A stretch of DNA of 64,000 nt from Bacteroidota bacterium (lineage in GTDB: Bacteria; Bacteroidota; Bacteroidia; NS11-12g; UBA955), in the NCBI GenBank assembly GCA_963169345.1, contig CAUJCT010000019.1, forward strand, positions 105,366 to 169,365. Reading direction: 5' to 3'. The position numbers and the translations under genes were made by a program. Below, piece after piece: positions 1 to 10,100 of the stretch. The notes beneath the pieces are model-generated. The model worked only from the letters and a program-made list of their open reading frames with translations, made no database searches and was not told the DNA's origin. Each line of letters begins with the position of its first letter. Position 1 is the stretch's first letter.

Positions 1-168
1 GATGACAATCAAACTAATATTCATCTACCCGCTGGTGTTGTTTGTTTTGAGTATGTCAAGATACTTGAAGAATTTAAAGTTATTAAGTTAATTGATAATA
101 TTTATTTCTCTTTAACAGAAAAAGGTTTAAGAGACCTTGATGAATTGAAGGCTGTAATCGAGAAATAG
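1..168 (+). CDS. 3' end of an unidentified CDS running in from upstream of the window
   Basis: Open frame from position 1 (…IHLPAGVVCFEYVKILEEF…KAVIEK) ending at TAG 166-168, followed by a hairpin plus T-tract. Confidence 0.3.
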   Translation, partial: DDNQTNIHLPAGVVCFEYVKILEEFKVIKLIDNIYFSLTEKGLRDLDELKAVIEK

Positions 169-180
169 ACTAATACTAAT

Positions 181-205
181 GGAGCTCTTAAAAGCTCCAT
201 TTTTG
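181..205 (+). terminator. Rho-independent terminator-like hairpin (GGAGCTcttaaaAGCTCC + TTTTT)
   Basis: 6-bp GC-containing inverted repeat followed by a T run immediately after the partial CDS. Confidence 0.45.
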
Positions 206-442
206 TATATAGACAGAGTTGTAATTATATGCTATAATAATTACAAGCTGGTTACTTCAATTCTTATTAGATTGTATGTAATGGATTGTGAGAACGTCTA
301 ACAGCTTTATACTATCCACATCAACATAATAAGTTCTTATACTAGCAATCTTTACAGACTTCGTTGACACTTCGGGCTAAAGCCCTTGTCATATATGCAT
401 ATTATGTTAAGTGGCTAAATGTTTCAGAAACAGAGTATTATA

Positions 443-1033
443 TTAAGGCTCAAATTTCCTTAGTTTAAGTTCAAATCTATTATTTGTTCCGCTTGCAATT
501 TTAATTTCTAGGTATTCGTCATAAATGTTCAAAATGTACTGTAACGAAAAGTCTCTGTGAGAAAATCCATGATTTACGGTTTGATTATCACTAAATTCGA
601 TATCCAATAATGGTTGAGAATTATCAATTTCAGACAATTTTATCGATTCATCCACTATATAGCATTTGAGATGTCCTGTATAAAATTGAGGGAAATTCAT
701 TGTTGTGATAATGACAAATTCTTGTCCAAACATAAATAGGTGTAATCTATTATATTTAGAAGAATATTCTGTTTTTATTACATCTTTGAATAGGTCATTA
801 GACTTAACATCTGCTTCTATCTTCTTCAATAATTCAGTACTTGCTAAATAGAGCTTATTAAATCGTCTGCTATAATCTTCAAAATTACGATAAGTACTAG
901 TGTAATTATTCCATTCCATATCAATCATCATCTTCAGTTGGACGTTCATCTTTAGGTCTACCGGATTCGCCTTTTTCAAAACGATCTTTTTCCATTTTTT
1001 GACCTTCATTAATCCGGCGAAGTTCTTCTTCAT
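443..1033 (-). CDS. hypothetical protein, third gene of a tightly coupled 3-gene operon (likely true start at the internal Met pair near 931)
   Basis: 591-nt ORF. Its 5' 113 nt overlaps the upstream small ORF in another frame, and an MM pair sits exactly at the upstream stop (ATGA-type coupling). Confidence 0.45.
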   Translation of the reverse strand: MKKNFAGLMKVKKWKKIVLKKANPVDLKMNVQLKMMIDMEWNNYTSTYRNFEDYSRRFNKLYLASTELLKKIEADVKSNDLFKDVIKTEYSSKYNRLHLFMFGQEFVIITTMNFPQFYTGHLKCYIVDESIKLSEIDNSQPLLDIEFSDNQTVNHGFSHRDFSLQYILNIYDEYLEIKIASGTNNRFELKLRKFEP

Positions 1034-1127
1034 TTCGGAGTTTTACTCTTTCATTTTCACGCCTTTGTTCTTCCCTTTGTCTTTGAAGTTCTTCTTGGCG
1101 TCTTTTGATTTCGTCATTATTGCTCAT
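921..1127 (-). CDS. small highly charged (Glu/Arg-rich, coiled-coil-like) hypothetical protein
   Basis: 68-aa ORF (EELQRQREEQRRENERVKLRNEEELRR). It starts 4 nt after the stop of the upstream 172-aa gene. Compositional bias makes the coding call uncertain. Confidence 0.3.
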   Translation of the reverse strand: MSNNDEIKRRQEELQRQREEQRRENERVKLRNEEELRRINEGQKMEKDRFEKGESGRPKDERPTEDDD

Positions 1128-1131
1128 AAAG

Positions 1132-1650
1132 TTATGAATTTTTGCAAATAAAAATTAGGGTTAATATTAGCCCAGTAATAAGTAAGGATAAAGAAATGAA
1201 ATTGAAAATTATTGTGAAATTGTCTAAAATCTTTGTCTGGCACTTATAGGTTGATTCATTATCAGTATTTACTATTTTACCTCTCTTTTTTCTTATTTGA
1301 AGTCTTGTAAATTTAATTTCTATCTGATTGGAGTAATATGATGTCTGTTGAGATAGAAGGTTGGAAATAATTGATGAAGTAAAGAATATCCATGACAGTT
1401 TGACTAATAAAAATGATACAACAATTGTATCGCTTTTAACAAAATCTTTAATAAATCCAATTGAAAAACCAAGTGCTCCTGTTGATAAGGAAATAATTAA
1501 TATATCAAATCGAGAAATTGCGTAAGATGAGGCTTCTTGACAGTTTTTAATCCATTCTTCTCTACGTTTAATGTAACTTTCAAGTTTAGCCTTTTCTGCG
1601 CCTATTTCACTATTGCTAATATCTTCCATTGAATTCAGTATAATCTTCAA
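1132..1650 (-). CDS. hypothetical membrane protein (3 predicted TM segments), first gene of the operon
   Basis: 172-aa ORF with hydrophobic stretches (ILIISLSTGALGFSIGFI; IVVSFLLVKLSWIFF; IIFNFISLSLLITGLILTLIF). A palindrome lies ~100 bp upstream. Confidence 0.45.
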   Translation of the reverse strand: MKIILNSMEDISNSEIGAEKAKLESYIKRREEWIKNCQEASSYAISRFDILIISLSTGALGFSIGFIKDFVKSDTIVVSFLLVKLSWIFFTSSIISNLLSQQTSYYSNQIEIKFTRLQIRKKRGKIVNTDNESTYKCQTKILDNFTIIFNFISLSLLITGLILTLIFICKNS

Positions 1651-1748
1651 ATATAGTTATTGAAAATAAAAGTTAATAACACATATCTTAGTTAAAAGTT
1701 ATATTTATTTAGTAGTATTAAAATTTACTCAACTTAAATTACCAGTTA

Positions 1749-1770
1749 AGTTATTTTCAAAAATAACAAA
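1749..1770. promoter_or_regulatory. 22-bp element AGTTATTTTCAAAAATAACAAA containing a perfect 18-bp palindrome GTTATTTTCAAAAATAAC
   Basis: An identical 22-mer recurs at 47537-47558 and a 1-mismatch copy at 47640-47661. It lies upstream of the minus-strand operon that starts at 1650. Confidence 0.4.
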
Positions 1771-1794
1771 TTATCCTATATTTGTGACGATATT

Positions 1795-1995
1795 TAACGT
1801 ACTGCGTTAGTTTTGTCGTCCAGTTGGAAACCGCGAATTTCTGAATAGCCGGACACGATTAGACTTAATGCCTCGCTACTGCGTGGGCTTATAGTTCTAT
1901 TTGTCTGGCTGGCTCTTCGCGGTGCCTCAACTGGCGATAGGCTATAATGTTCCACGCATTTTTTATTAACCGCCTGTTTAGGAACATTAGGGCAC
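1795..1995. other. GC-rich (~50% GC) island in an AT-rich intergenic region, a candidate structured RNA or 5' leader of the TM2 gene
   Basis: Local GC excess with several short complementary segments and no ORF. Located between the palindrome and the ATG at 2012. Confidence 0.25.
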
Positions 1996-2011
1996 CAACC
2001 TAAACAGACAA

Positions 2012-2671
2012 ATGAAATTATTTAACAGTTTTATTAAAGCATCGCTTCTTTCTCTATCAATCCTACTATTATTGCCATCCTGTACGATTACTAAAATGCG
2101 ATATAGTAATGGTATTAATGTGTCTTTTAATCTACTTGGCAACACACAAGATGGTGAGAGAAAGACAAAGAGACAAAAACACACTAACAAATCTTCAAAG
2201 ACTCAAAATGCAGATTCTTTTGTGAATTTTGATTTTGCAAGAACTCAACTAAAGGATTCAATGATAGGTCATTGTGTTAATGAAGAAAATTACACACTAG
2301 AAACAGTAGGTTATTGTCAAGAACAACAACTAAATAACTACAACCCTAAATTATCCAAAACAAACCAGAGTTTTCTCAAAAAAACACAACCGGTTCCTGT
2401 TATTGAGAATTCCGGAATAAATAATTCTGGGTTAGATGATAAAAATGTTAAGCCTAATAAAACACATTCAGGGAATAGCTGGATAATAGCATTATTACTA
2501 TGTATATTCTTCGGCATAATTGGTGCGCACAGATTCTATTTGGGATATACCGGAATTGGTATAATACAGCTACTGACTTTTGGATTATTGGGAATCTGGA
2601 CATTGATAGATTTCATAAGAATACTTACCGGATCATTAAAGCCTAAAGATGGAGATTATTTTGATTATTGA
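2012..2671 (+). CDS. TM2-domain lipoprotein
   Basis: Lipoprotein-type signal (LLLLPSC). C-terminal TM2-domain pattern (GAHRFYLGYTGIGIIQLLTFGLLGIWTLIDFIRILTG). Confidence 0.7.
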   Translation: MKLFNSFIKASLLSLSILLLLPSCTITKMRYSNGINVSFNLLGNTQDGERKTKRQKHTNKSSKTQNADSFVNFDFARTQLKDSMIGHCVNEENYTLETVGYCQEQQLNNYNPKLSKTNQSFLKKTQPVPVIENSGINNSGLDDKNVKPNKTHSGNSWIIALLLCIFFGIIGAHRFYLGYTGIGIIQLLTFGLLGIWTLIDFIRILTGSLKPKDGDYFDY

Positions 2672-4056
2672 TTTTACAATCTTTATTAATCTCAATATTA
2701 TAAAGATACCTATTTGGTAATTCACATTTCTTACAAGTTTATTCAAATTTAGGCACTCTCAACAACAAGAGCCCATTATATAGTAATATTTATCCGTGAA
2801 TAATATCATAATAGGTATGATATTATTATTAATATCAATAAAGAAGCAATCACTTTTTTGTGATATTTTGTTGATTGCAAACCCATTCAACTCGACAATA
2901 ATCAACATATATGCATTACTAATGATAAATATCTTATTTGCATGATAATACATTTTAGAAAGAGGCAAGCTTTATTCTCAATATCAATATTTATCATCAA
3001 TATAGAGGATATTCAAATATTCTTGACTTCGGTTAACATAGGACTTATTAAAATGTATATATTGGAACTGAATGTTGGAATAATTAATAAAAGTTAACCA
3101 TCAAGTTTACCAATTTGTGGGGTAGTGGCTGTGTAATAGCACGGCTAAATGATAAAGTACTTATTCTTCCAATAATTCAGGTGATATTTGGCTGGGTATT
3201 AATATTGTCAACTCAGATGGGTGTTATCGTATTCATTTAAAATATTGATATTAGATTCACTAATTGGTAACATTTTATGATCCATATATTTATAGATCAC
3301 TTTTTTATCAATATTTTTTTAATATTTGTTAGATTGACATTTCATATAGTTGGAAAATAGTATTTGGAAAGAATTTATCAATGGTATTAGAGGAGTATAT
3401 TAACTATAATCGGCATATTTCTTAGTCTATATCAATTAAATGTAATAACAGGAATTAAATTTAAATATACCATCTGAAGGAACATTGTTATTATTGTAAA
3501 TTCTAAAGCGGAGTTTTTTTGAAATGGGTTTTTTATTCAAATGTATCCAATAAATTGACTCTATATTAGTGAACGTGGCTGCTTTTTTCGACAGGTTGTA
3601 AATATAGTTCATTAATATTCAATACAACTTAATTCATTTTAATCCCTAAAAATATTTAAAGGGATTTAAATATTACACCGATAACTACAAATAAAATTAA
3701 CTTTTGCTTAAAAAATGTGTCATAAATCTATAATTTTAGGTACAATTTTTATACTTCTGGGATAGGTTTACTTCAAATTGCAGAATAAATGCAATATATA
3801 AAACATGCTATGTTGGTATGTAATATAATATTGATTAAATGACAAATCATCGTAAATTTTAAATACTATACATTTGTATAATTTTTACAATTATTGAGAT
3901 TGAATAAAGTTATGTATTCTATAGTTTTAAAATAAATATGAATGTGCTCAAATTGATATTGAACTAATTAAAGTTCTCTTATTTATATAAGTTGTTTATT
4001 TTTAACTTTATTTTCATTTTAGCCGAAAGAGCTTCACTTGAAAGTTTTTATAGATA

Positions 4057-4686
4057 TTATATAAATCCTTTTTTCAAAGCAATTACTGCCAGTTCAACAG
4101 CATTGTGTACCTCGAATTTTAAAAATATTTTCTTCTTTTGAGAGTTAATAGTGTTAACACTGACATTTCGCTGTTCAGCTATTTTATCAGTACTGTAACC
4201 TTTACATAAAAGCTTCAAAATTTCTAATTCAGCTTCTGTCAAAGTGTGAATTTCCGAAATTGTCTTCTGTCTTTCAAGTCTTTCAGATACTGTTTTTGAA
4301 TAGTATTTTTTATTTTCAAGATTGAATTTAATTACATCCTTCCATATTTCCAGGCTTTCTTCTTTTAACAAAATACTATCGACATTTAACTTCTGAAGTT
4401 GCAATAAATCATACATTATGTAATCATAACTGTTAGTTATGATTTTAGAGTTATAATGTTTATTTTTTATATGTTGAATCAATTCTATTCCGGTCATATC
4501 AGGTAAACACATGTCCACAATTAAGATATTATAGTTTGTTTGTCTATTTGCTTCCAATGCTTGAAAGCCATTAGAAGCAACATTAAAATTAATATTTGGA
4601 AAGATTGATTTTAAGTGTTTTTGTAAGCCATGTGAATAGGCAGGATGATCTTCAATTATTAAAATATTAGATTTAATTTGATCCAT
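4057..4686 (-). CDS. two-component response regulator, LuxR/FixJ (NarL) family
   Basis: Receiver domain (LIIEDHP…LIVDMCLPDMTG) plus C-terminal LuxR-type HTH (TEAELEILKLLCKGYSTDKIAEQRNVSVNTINSQKKKIFLKFEV). Confidence 0.8.
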   Translation of the reverse strand: MDQIKSNILIIEDHPAYSHGLQKHLKSIFPNINFNVASNGFQALEANRQTNYNILIVDMCLPDMTGIELIQHIKNKHYNSKIITNSYDYIMYDLLQLQKLNVDSILLKEESLEIWKDVIKFNLENKKYYSKTVSERLERQKTISEIHTLTEAELEILKLLCKGYSTDKIAEQRNVSVNTINSQKKKIFLKFEVHNAVELAVIALKKGFI

Positions 4687-4758
4687 AAAAGTTAGTTTTT
4701 TTTCAATACAATTCTAATTGTTTTATTACAATTATCAAAATATCAGAGAAATTTAGTT

Positions 4759-4796
4759 CACATGAATATGTGGTAAAGAGTCACATAATCATGTGA
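4759..4796. promoter_or_regulatory. two tandem CACAT-N4-ATGTG inverted repeats in the divergent promoter region
   Basis: cacatGAATatgtg (4759-4772) and tcacatAATCatgtga (4781-4796). They lie between the response regulator gene and the 4875 operon. Confidence 0.35.
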
Positions 4797-4874
4797 TTAA
4801 GTAAAAAAATATTAAATTTTTCTTGATTATAGAGGTTGTTTTCTATTAGTTCGCTTTTATAAAATAAAAACCCT

Positions 4875-6014
4875 ATGAAAATAAAATTAATAATTCTGAT
4901 TACTTTAATTGCTATTTTCCCTTTATCACTTTTTTCTCAACTAAGTATTCAATTTACTTCCATAAATAATTATTTATTTAACACAAAGGAAGCTCTGAAT
5001 TTTATTGTTATAAACAATGGTGTAAAATCCGTTCAAGTTCAGTTTTCAGGAAAGATAGTAAAATCAGATATTGGGAATGTCACCTTATTTAAAACAGAAC
5101 CATTAATTTTAAATGTAGGAGCAAATATCATTACACCTACAAGCATTAGTTTAAATGAAATAAATTATTTAGATAATGATATTAGAGAAATAGAGCAAAA
5201 AACGGGGACATATCCATCAGGTAATTATACAATCTGTATTTGGTCTGCCTGTACTAGCCCTGACTGTGATGGTTCGGGCCCAAGTGCAGGCTCAATAGAA
5301 CAACCGATATGTACTAATATTTCAATTGAAAATCCAACACCATTATTGTTGTCCTATCCATGTAACGAGACAGAGATTGAAGAAACTAAACCAGTTTATA
5401 CTTGGATCCCACCTGCACCTGTTGCGAGTTCGGCGTCTTTAAATTACAAAATGACACTTGTAGAAATATACGATGGTCAGACCAAATCGGACGCTCTAGC
5501 CATCAACAGACCATTAATTGAGTGGACTGGTATTTCCAACCCAATGCTCATGCACCCTTCTGACTTGCCAGCACTTGAAGGAGGAAAGTCATATGCCTGG
5601 CAAGTACAAGCTTTTGTTGGGCAGACTTATTTTGCGACTAGTGAACAGTGGAAGTTTAAATTGAAAAAGGATACCTTGAATTTGAAAAATGTACCTCGAG
5701 CACAATCTTATATTGAAATATCAGGGCAGACCGGGGCTTCCATTTTTTATGCGGTAGGGAAGTTGTATTTGAAAAATGTCGTACGGTTGCAGTCGGGAAT
5801 CATTAAGTTAAATATTATGGATAATTCCGGTTTAGCAGTTGATTTTAGTACCAATGAATTTCACATTAAACCAGGTGACAACCGCCTAATAATTGATCTT
5901 GAATCTGAATTGAAATTTATACATGGCAAAACTTACACATTGACGGGAAAATTGTTAGATGGAACCGTCTTTAAGATCAGATTTATCTACATAGACCCAG
6001 AGAAACTTAATTAA
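4875..6014 (+). CDS. secreted hypothetical protein (signal peptide, Cys-containing)
   Basis: 379-aa ORF with an N-terminal signal-like segment (LIILITLIAIFPLSLFSQ). First gene of the long plus-strand operon. Confidence 0.6.
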   Translation: MKIKLIILITLIAIFPLSLFSQLSIQFTSINNYLFNTKEALNFIVINNGVKSVQVQFSGKIVKSDIGNVTLFKTEPLILNVGANIITPTSISLNEINYLDNDIREIEQKTGTYPSGNYTICIWSACTSPDCDGSGPSAGSIEQPICTNISIENPTPLLLSYPCNETEIEETKPVYTWIPPAPVASSASLNYKMTLVEIYDGQTKSDALAINRPLIEWTGISNPMLMHPSDLPALEGGKSYAWQVQAFVGQTYFATSEQWKFKLKKDTLNLKNVPRAQSYIEISGQTGASIFYAVGKLYLKNVVRLQSGIIKLNIMDNSGLAVDFSTNEFHIKPGDNRLIIDLESELKFIHGKTYTLTGKLLDGTVFKIRFIYIDPEKLN

Positions 6015-6018
6015 ATTT

Positions 6019-6519
6019 ATGAATATCAATAGAATGCTGATATACCTATCCGTGGTATTATCAATAGGTGCGTTTGCTTTCAGCGCTTTCACGTTTCAAA
6101 AGGAAAAGCATATCTATTTTGTCAACAATGGTAAGTTGTATGACAATTTTAAATTGAAAATTGAATATGAAAGCCAGATCAAAACCATACGATCACAAAG
6201 AAAAAATATGATTGATAGTATTGAACTGACCCTTCGTCAATTGGAGTTGCAAAACAGGAATGATGAGTTTAAGATAGCACAAGGGTATTATATAGAAAAA
6301 GTAAAGAAGTTTGAGGAAGAGGAAGAGGTCTTAATCCAAGAGTACAACCAACAGATATGGAAACGATTGAACCAGTATGCGGTCGACTTTAGCAAGGAGA
6401 AAGGCATAGATATTCTGCTTGGTGCTAGTGGAGATGGGAATCTATTGCACGCCGATGATCAAATCGATATGACTAAGGAACTCATCGCTTATGCAAATAA
6501 CCGTTATGCCGGCAAATAG
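6019..6519 (+). CDS. Skp/OmpH-like periplasmic chaperone (tentative)
   Basis: 166 aa with N-terminal signal/anchor followed by an E/K/Q-rich coiled-coil, size typical of OmpH family. Confidence 0.45.
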   Translation: MNINRMLIYLSVVLSIGAFAFSAFTFQKEKHIYFVNNGKLYDNFKLKIEYESQIKTIRSQRKNMIDSIELTLRQLELQNRNDEFKIAQGYYIEKVKKFEEEEEVLIQEYNQQIWKRLNQYAVDFSKEKGIDILLGASGDGNLLHADDQIDMTKELIAYANNRYAGK

Positions 6520-7102
6520 AATCGCATTTTACGCCTGTATATTGTTATTGGTCAACGCTTGCAAGCCCAAGAGTTTGGAACCAAGTGATTTAATTAGCTG
6601 GGTTCAGAATCGAGACAATGGGTTGGTGAAAGAGGAAGTGATAGGAGAGGCTAAGTACACGGTGATGTACATGCCACCGCAATATTTGCTTGCGAAGTCT
6701 TTGCTCAATTTGGATTCATTTGCGATAAATTCAAATTCAGATTGCAACCATTGTTTTGTTATAAAAATGGAGCCGGTAGATGGTAAGTCCCAGTTTTTGA
6801 CTCTTGGAGCAATGGGAAAAAGTGAACCATACGAACGTATAAACTATTACATGAATGATATAGCTCAGGATATAAACATTCTGGTAGGAAACGATACGGT
6901 TTGTATGGATAATCTTGTCTTAGAAAGATACTACAACGTTTCACCTTCACAAAATCTTGTCGTTGCGTTTAGAACACCTGGAGCTGATATGCAAGGTAAA
7001 GGTGTTCGATTGTCTATAAATGACAGGTCAATTCACACAGGTCAGATGAACTTTGAGTTCTCATCGAGCCTGATGAAGGATATTCCAAAACTAAAAAAAT
7101 AA
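6491..7102 (+). CDS. lipoprotein, hypothetical
   Basis: 203-aa ORF with lipobox-like LLVNAC. It overlaps the upstream gene by 29 nt. Confidence 0.5.
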   Translation: MQITVMPANRIAFYACILLLVNACKPKSLEPSDLISWVQNRDNGLVKEEVIGEAKYTVMYMPPQYLLAKSLLNLDSFAINSNSDCNHCFVIKMEPVDGKSQFLTLGAMGKSEPYERINYYMNDIAQDINILVGNDTVCMDNLVLERYYNVSPSQNLVVAFRTPGADMQGKGVRLSINDRSIHTGQMNFEFSSSLMKDIPKLKK

Positions 7103-7114
7103 ATCAAAGAACTT

Positions 7115-10100
7115 ATGAAACCTAGTTTGTTTAAAACTATAAGAAAAAGGGGAAAATTCATCGCGTGTTTTTTCGCACTCAATCTACTGGTAGAAGTGGT
7201 GGCTCCGTTACAGGCTTACGCGTTGACAGGAGGGCCCAGCCAGCCGGAAGTCACCAGTTTTGAACCGGTGGGAACTACGGAAATGGTGGATTTGTTTAGC
7301 GGTGACTTCAGTTATAACATTCCCTTGTTTGATATTGGCGGCTATCCGGTAAATATCAGTTACCATGGCGGTATATCGATGGATCAGGAGGCGTCTTGGG
7401 TGGGATTGGGCTGGAATATTAACCCAGGAGCTATCAATAGGGGAATGAGAGGAGTGCCGGATGATTTTATTGGTGATGAGGTAAAGAAAACCATGAATAT
7501 CAAAAAAAATGAAACATGGGCAACAAATTTTAACTCTGACGGTGAAATATTTGGATTTACCTCTAGCAAAATAAAATTGGGAGGGAAAACTTTTAATACT
7601 AAAAATTCTTACAATCAAGGCAAAAGGATGAATAAACTTAGCAAATTTAATTTTGGTTTTGGAATAGTTTACAATACTTATAAAGGGATTGGTTATTCTT
7701 TGGATTTGAAATTTGACATTAATAAAACAAGTTATTTTTCTAGGGAGGAATTCAATGAAAACATGGATTTATTAGATAATTTTAAAAAAATTAAAGATGA
7801 CCCTGATTTAGATTTAATTAATAGGGAAGGTTCTAAGGATTATTATCAAGCTTTGGATGCAAATTATAAGAGCACAACTGCACAAAAGGTTGTTAAAAAA
7901 CAATCAAGTTTAAATGCAAATATTAATCTTTCAGCTTCATCGAATGAGGGAGCTAAGATTAACTTGACAATGTCTAATAACTTTCAAGATTTGATGGATG
8001 ATAGAACCAATTTATACAGAACAATAACACCATCAATTGGGTTAGGATATAATAGTTTGCTGGGAGTAAATTCATTTGATGTTGGTTTGTCAAAGCGGTA
8101 TAGCTGGCAAGTGGAGGTAGAAAAGGGAGCATATTATTCAGGCTCTATAAATAGGAGTGTTAATTCGTATATTCCAATAGGTTCATATAGTTATACGCCT
8201 AACATTCACTTTCCTACATTAAGTACATCGCAATCTTATAACGCAACAGTCGGCTTTGATGCATTCGGAGGACACCCAAATATGAGATTAAGCGGCTTCT
8301 ACAATTCTGAGGAGCTAAAGGATTCAAATATTATATATAATGCATTTGGATATTTGCAGGAACAAGAAGTGTTCTGGCATAGAGGAAAAAACTATGTGTT
8401 AATGGATTTTAACAGGGAGAAAGAATCGAAAGGAAATAAAAGCTCAACGCACTTACCTTTATCAAATCATACTTACGATATTTTCATGGTAACTGGCCAG
8501 GGCAATGGTGGCATTTATCGCCCTCATAGAAAGACAATTGGTTTGTTGTGTGACCCATACACTGAAAATAGTAATAAAAAAACTGGAATGAATGACTTCG
8601 GAATTGAGTTAGGATTTGGGGCCAATTTTCATTGGGGATTCAATTACAAAAACAAGGTGCAGAATTCATCTACTGGACTTTGGTATAATAATAATCAAAG
8701 AAATTTTTCAATAAAGTTTAACGAAGATGCTGATTTTTTTAATTCAAGTTTATCTGTTGATTTTTCAAAAAAGAATAATGTACTGCTTAAGGACAAGGAC
8801 AATGAATTAGTAGAGCTATTAAATTATAGAATGGAAGATGGAACTTTGAATAAGAGAAACAACCACTTTTACTTCAAATCTGCAGGAGAGCAAACTCCGT
8901 CTGACAATGATTTAGGAGATAATTGGGGCGGAAAGTTTCCTGTTTCGTTAAGAATAGGAAAGACAGAAGGACATGAGAGAAACTTTAGATTTGGCAAGGT
9001 TACAAACAAATTGAATGAGTCGACTCATGAAGTAAAGGGCCACTCAACATGGAACACCCCGCGTAACAGCGCAATTGAGTATTTATCCGCGGAAGAAGCG
9101 AGTCATGGGGGGATAGGCATGGAACCATTTATTGTAAGCTACCCACAAAATTATTGGACGTATTATATCAAGAGTCAAAATCTCCCGACCGTTGAGGTTG
9201 AAGAACGGTACAATGGAGCAAATGGCGCCAAGGCACATCATATTTCCGAGATCATCACTTATGGAGGTGATGGCATGCGGTATGTGTATGGTTTGCCCGC
9301 TTATAACAAAAAGCAACATGAGGTTAATTTTGCAGTTTCAAAGGACATTGTGGGGGGTGATTTATCTACTCGTTATGAGGATTGGGCCAGAGGGCTTGTT
9401 AAATACGAGCCAGGCCAAGATAATTCGACTAGAAATACCAGAGGGGCGGATAATTTCTTTATGAGCACTGAAATGCCTCCTTATGCACATTCATATCTCT
9501 TGACAGGAGTTCTTTCACCAGATTACTCAGATTTAACTGGTGATGGCATTACAGATGATGACTATGGCAGCGCGGTAAGATTCAACTATTACAAAGTGCC
9601 AGGATCCTATAAGTGGAGGACACCTTATGAAAAGGATTCAGCAAATTTGGATCTAGGGTATATTACTGATTTCAGCGACAATAAAGGTTCGTATGTGTAT
9701 GGAGAAAAGGAGATTTGGTACGTACAATCCATGGAGTCAAAGACGCATGTAGCTGAATTTAAATTATCAAGACGATTTGATGGTCATGGAGTAGCTTCAG
9801 AAAATGGTGGACTGGATACCTCAGAGTCTAATACGCTAATGAAATTGGATTCTATAGTGATATATAGCAAACTGGACATTCTTGCCAATGGCAGGAACGC
9901 AGTGCCTGTAAAGACCATAGTGTTTAAGTACGATTACAGTCTGTGTGCCGGTATACCTAATAATTCTGTAGGACAGGGTAAACTTACTTTAAAAAGCATT
10001 TATTTTACATACGGAAACAGTGGAAAGGGTGTTTTGAACCCTTATCAATTTGAATACTCCAATTTCAACCCGGCATACAGCCATGTGCATTTCGATAAAT

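Noticed and set aside
921-1033. Programmed frameshift joining ORFs 921-1127 and 443-1033
   Set aside because: A Met pair lies exactly at the upstream stop (ATGA-type overlap), which is the usual arrangement for two translationally coupled genes. There is no slippery heptamer. I kept this as two genes but flagged it for re-sequencing.
2759-2968. 69-aa ORF in the AT-rich spacer
   Set aside because: Composition (Ile/Asn/Tyr/Phe-rich from AT bias), no start context, and an isolated position make it a likely random ORF.
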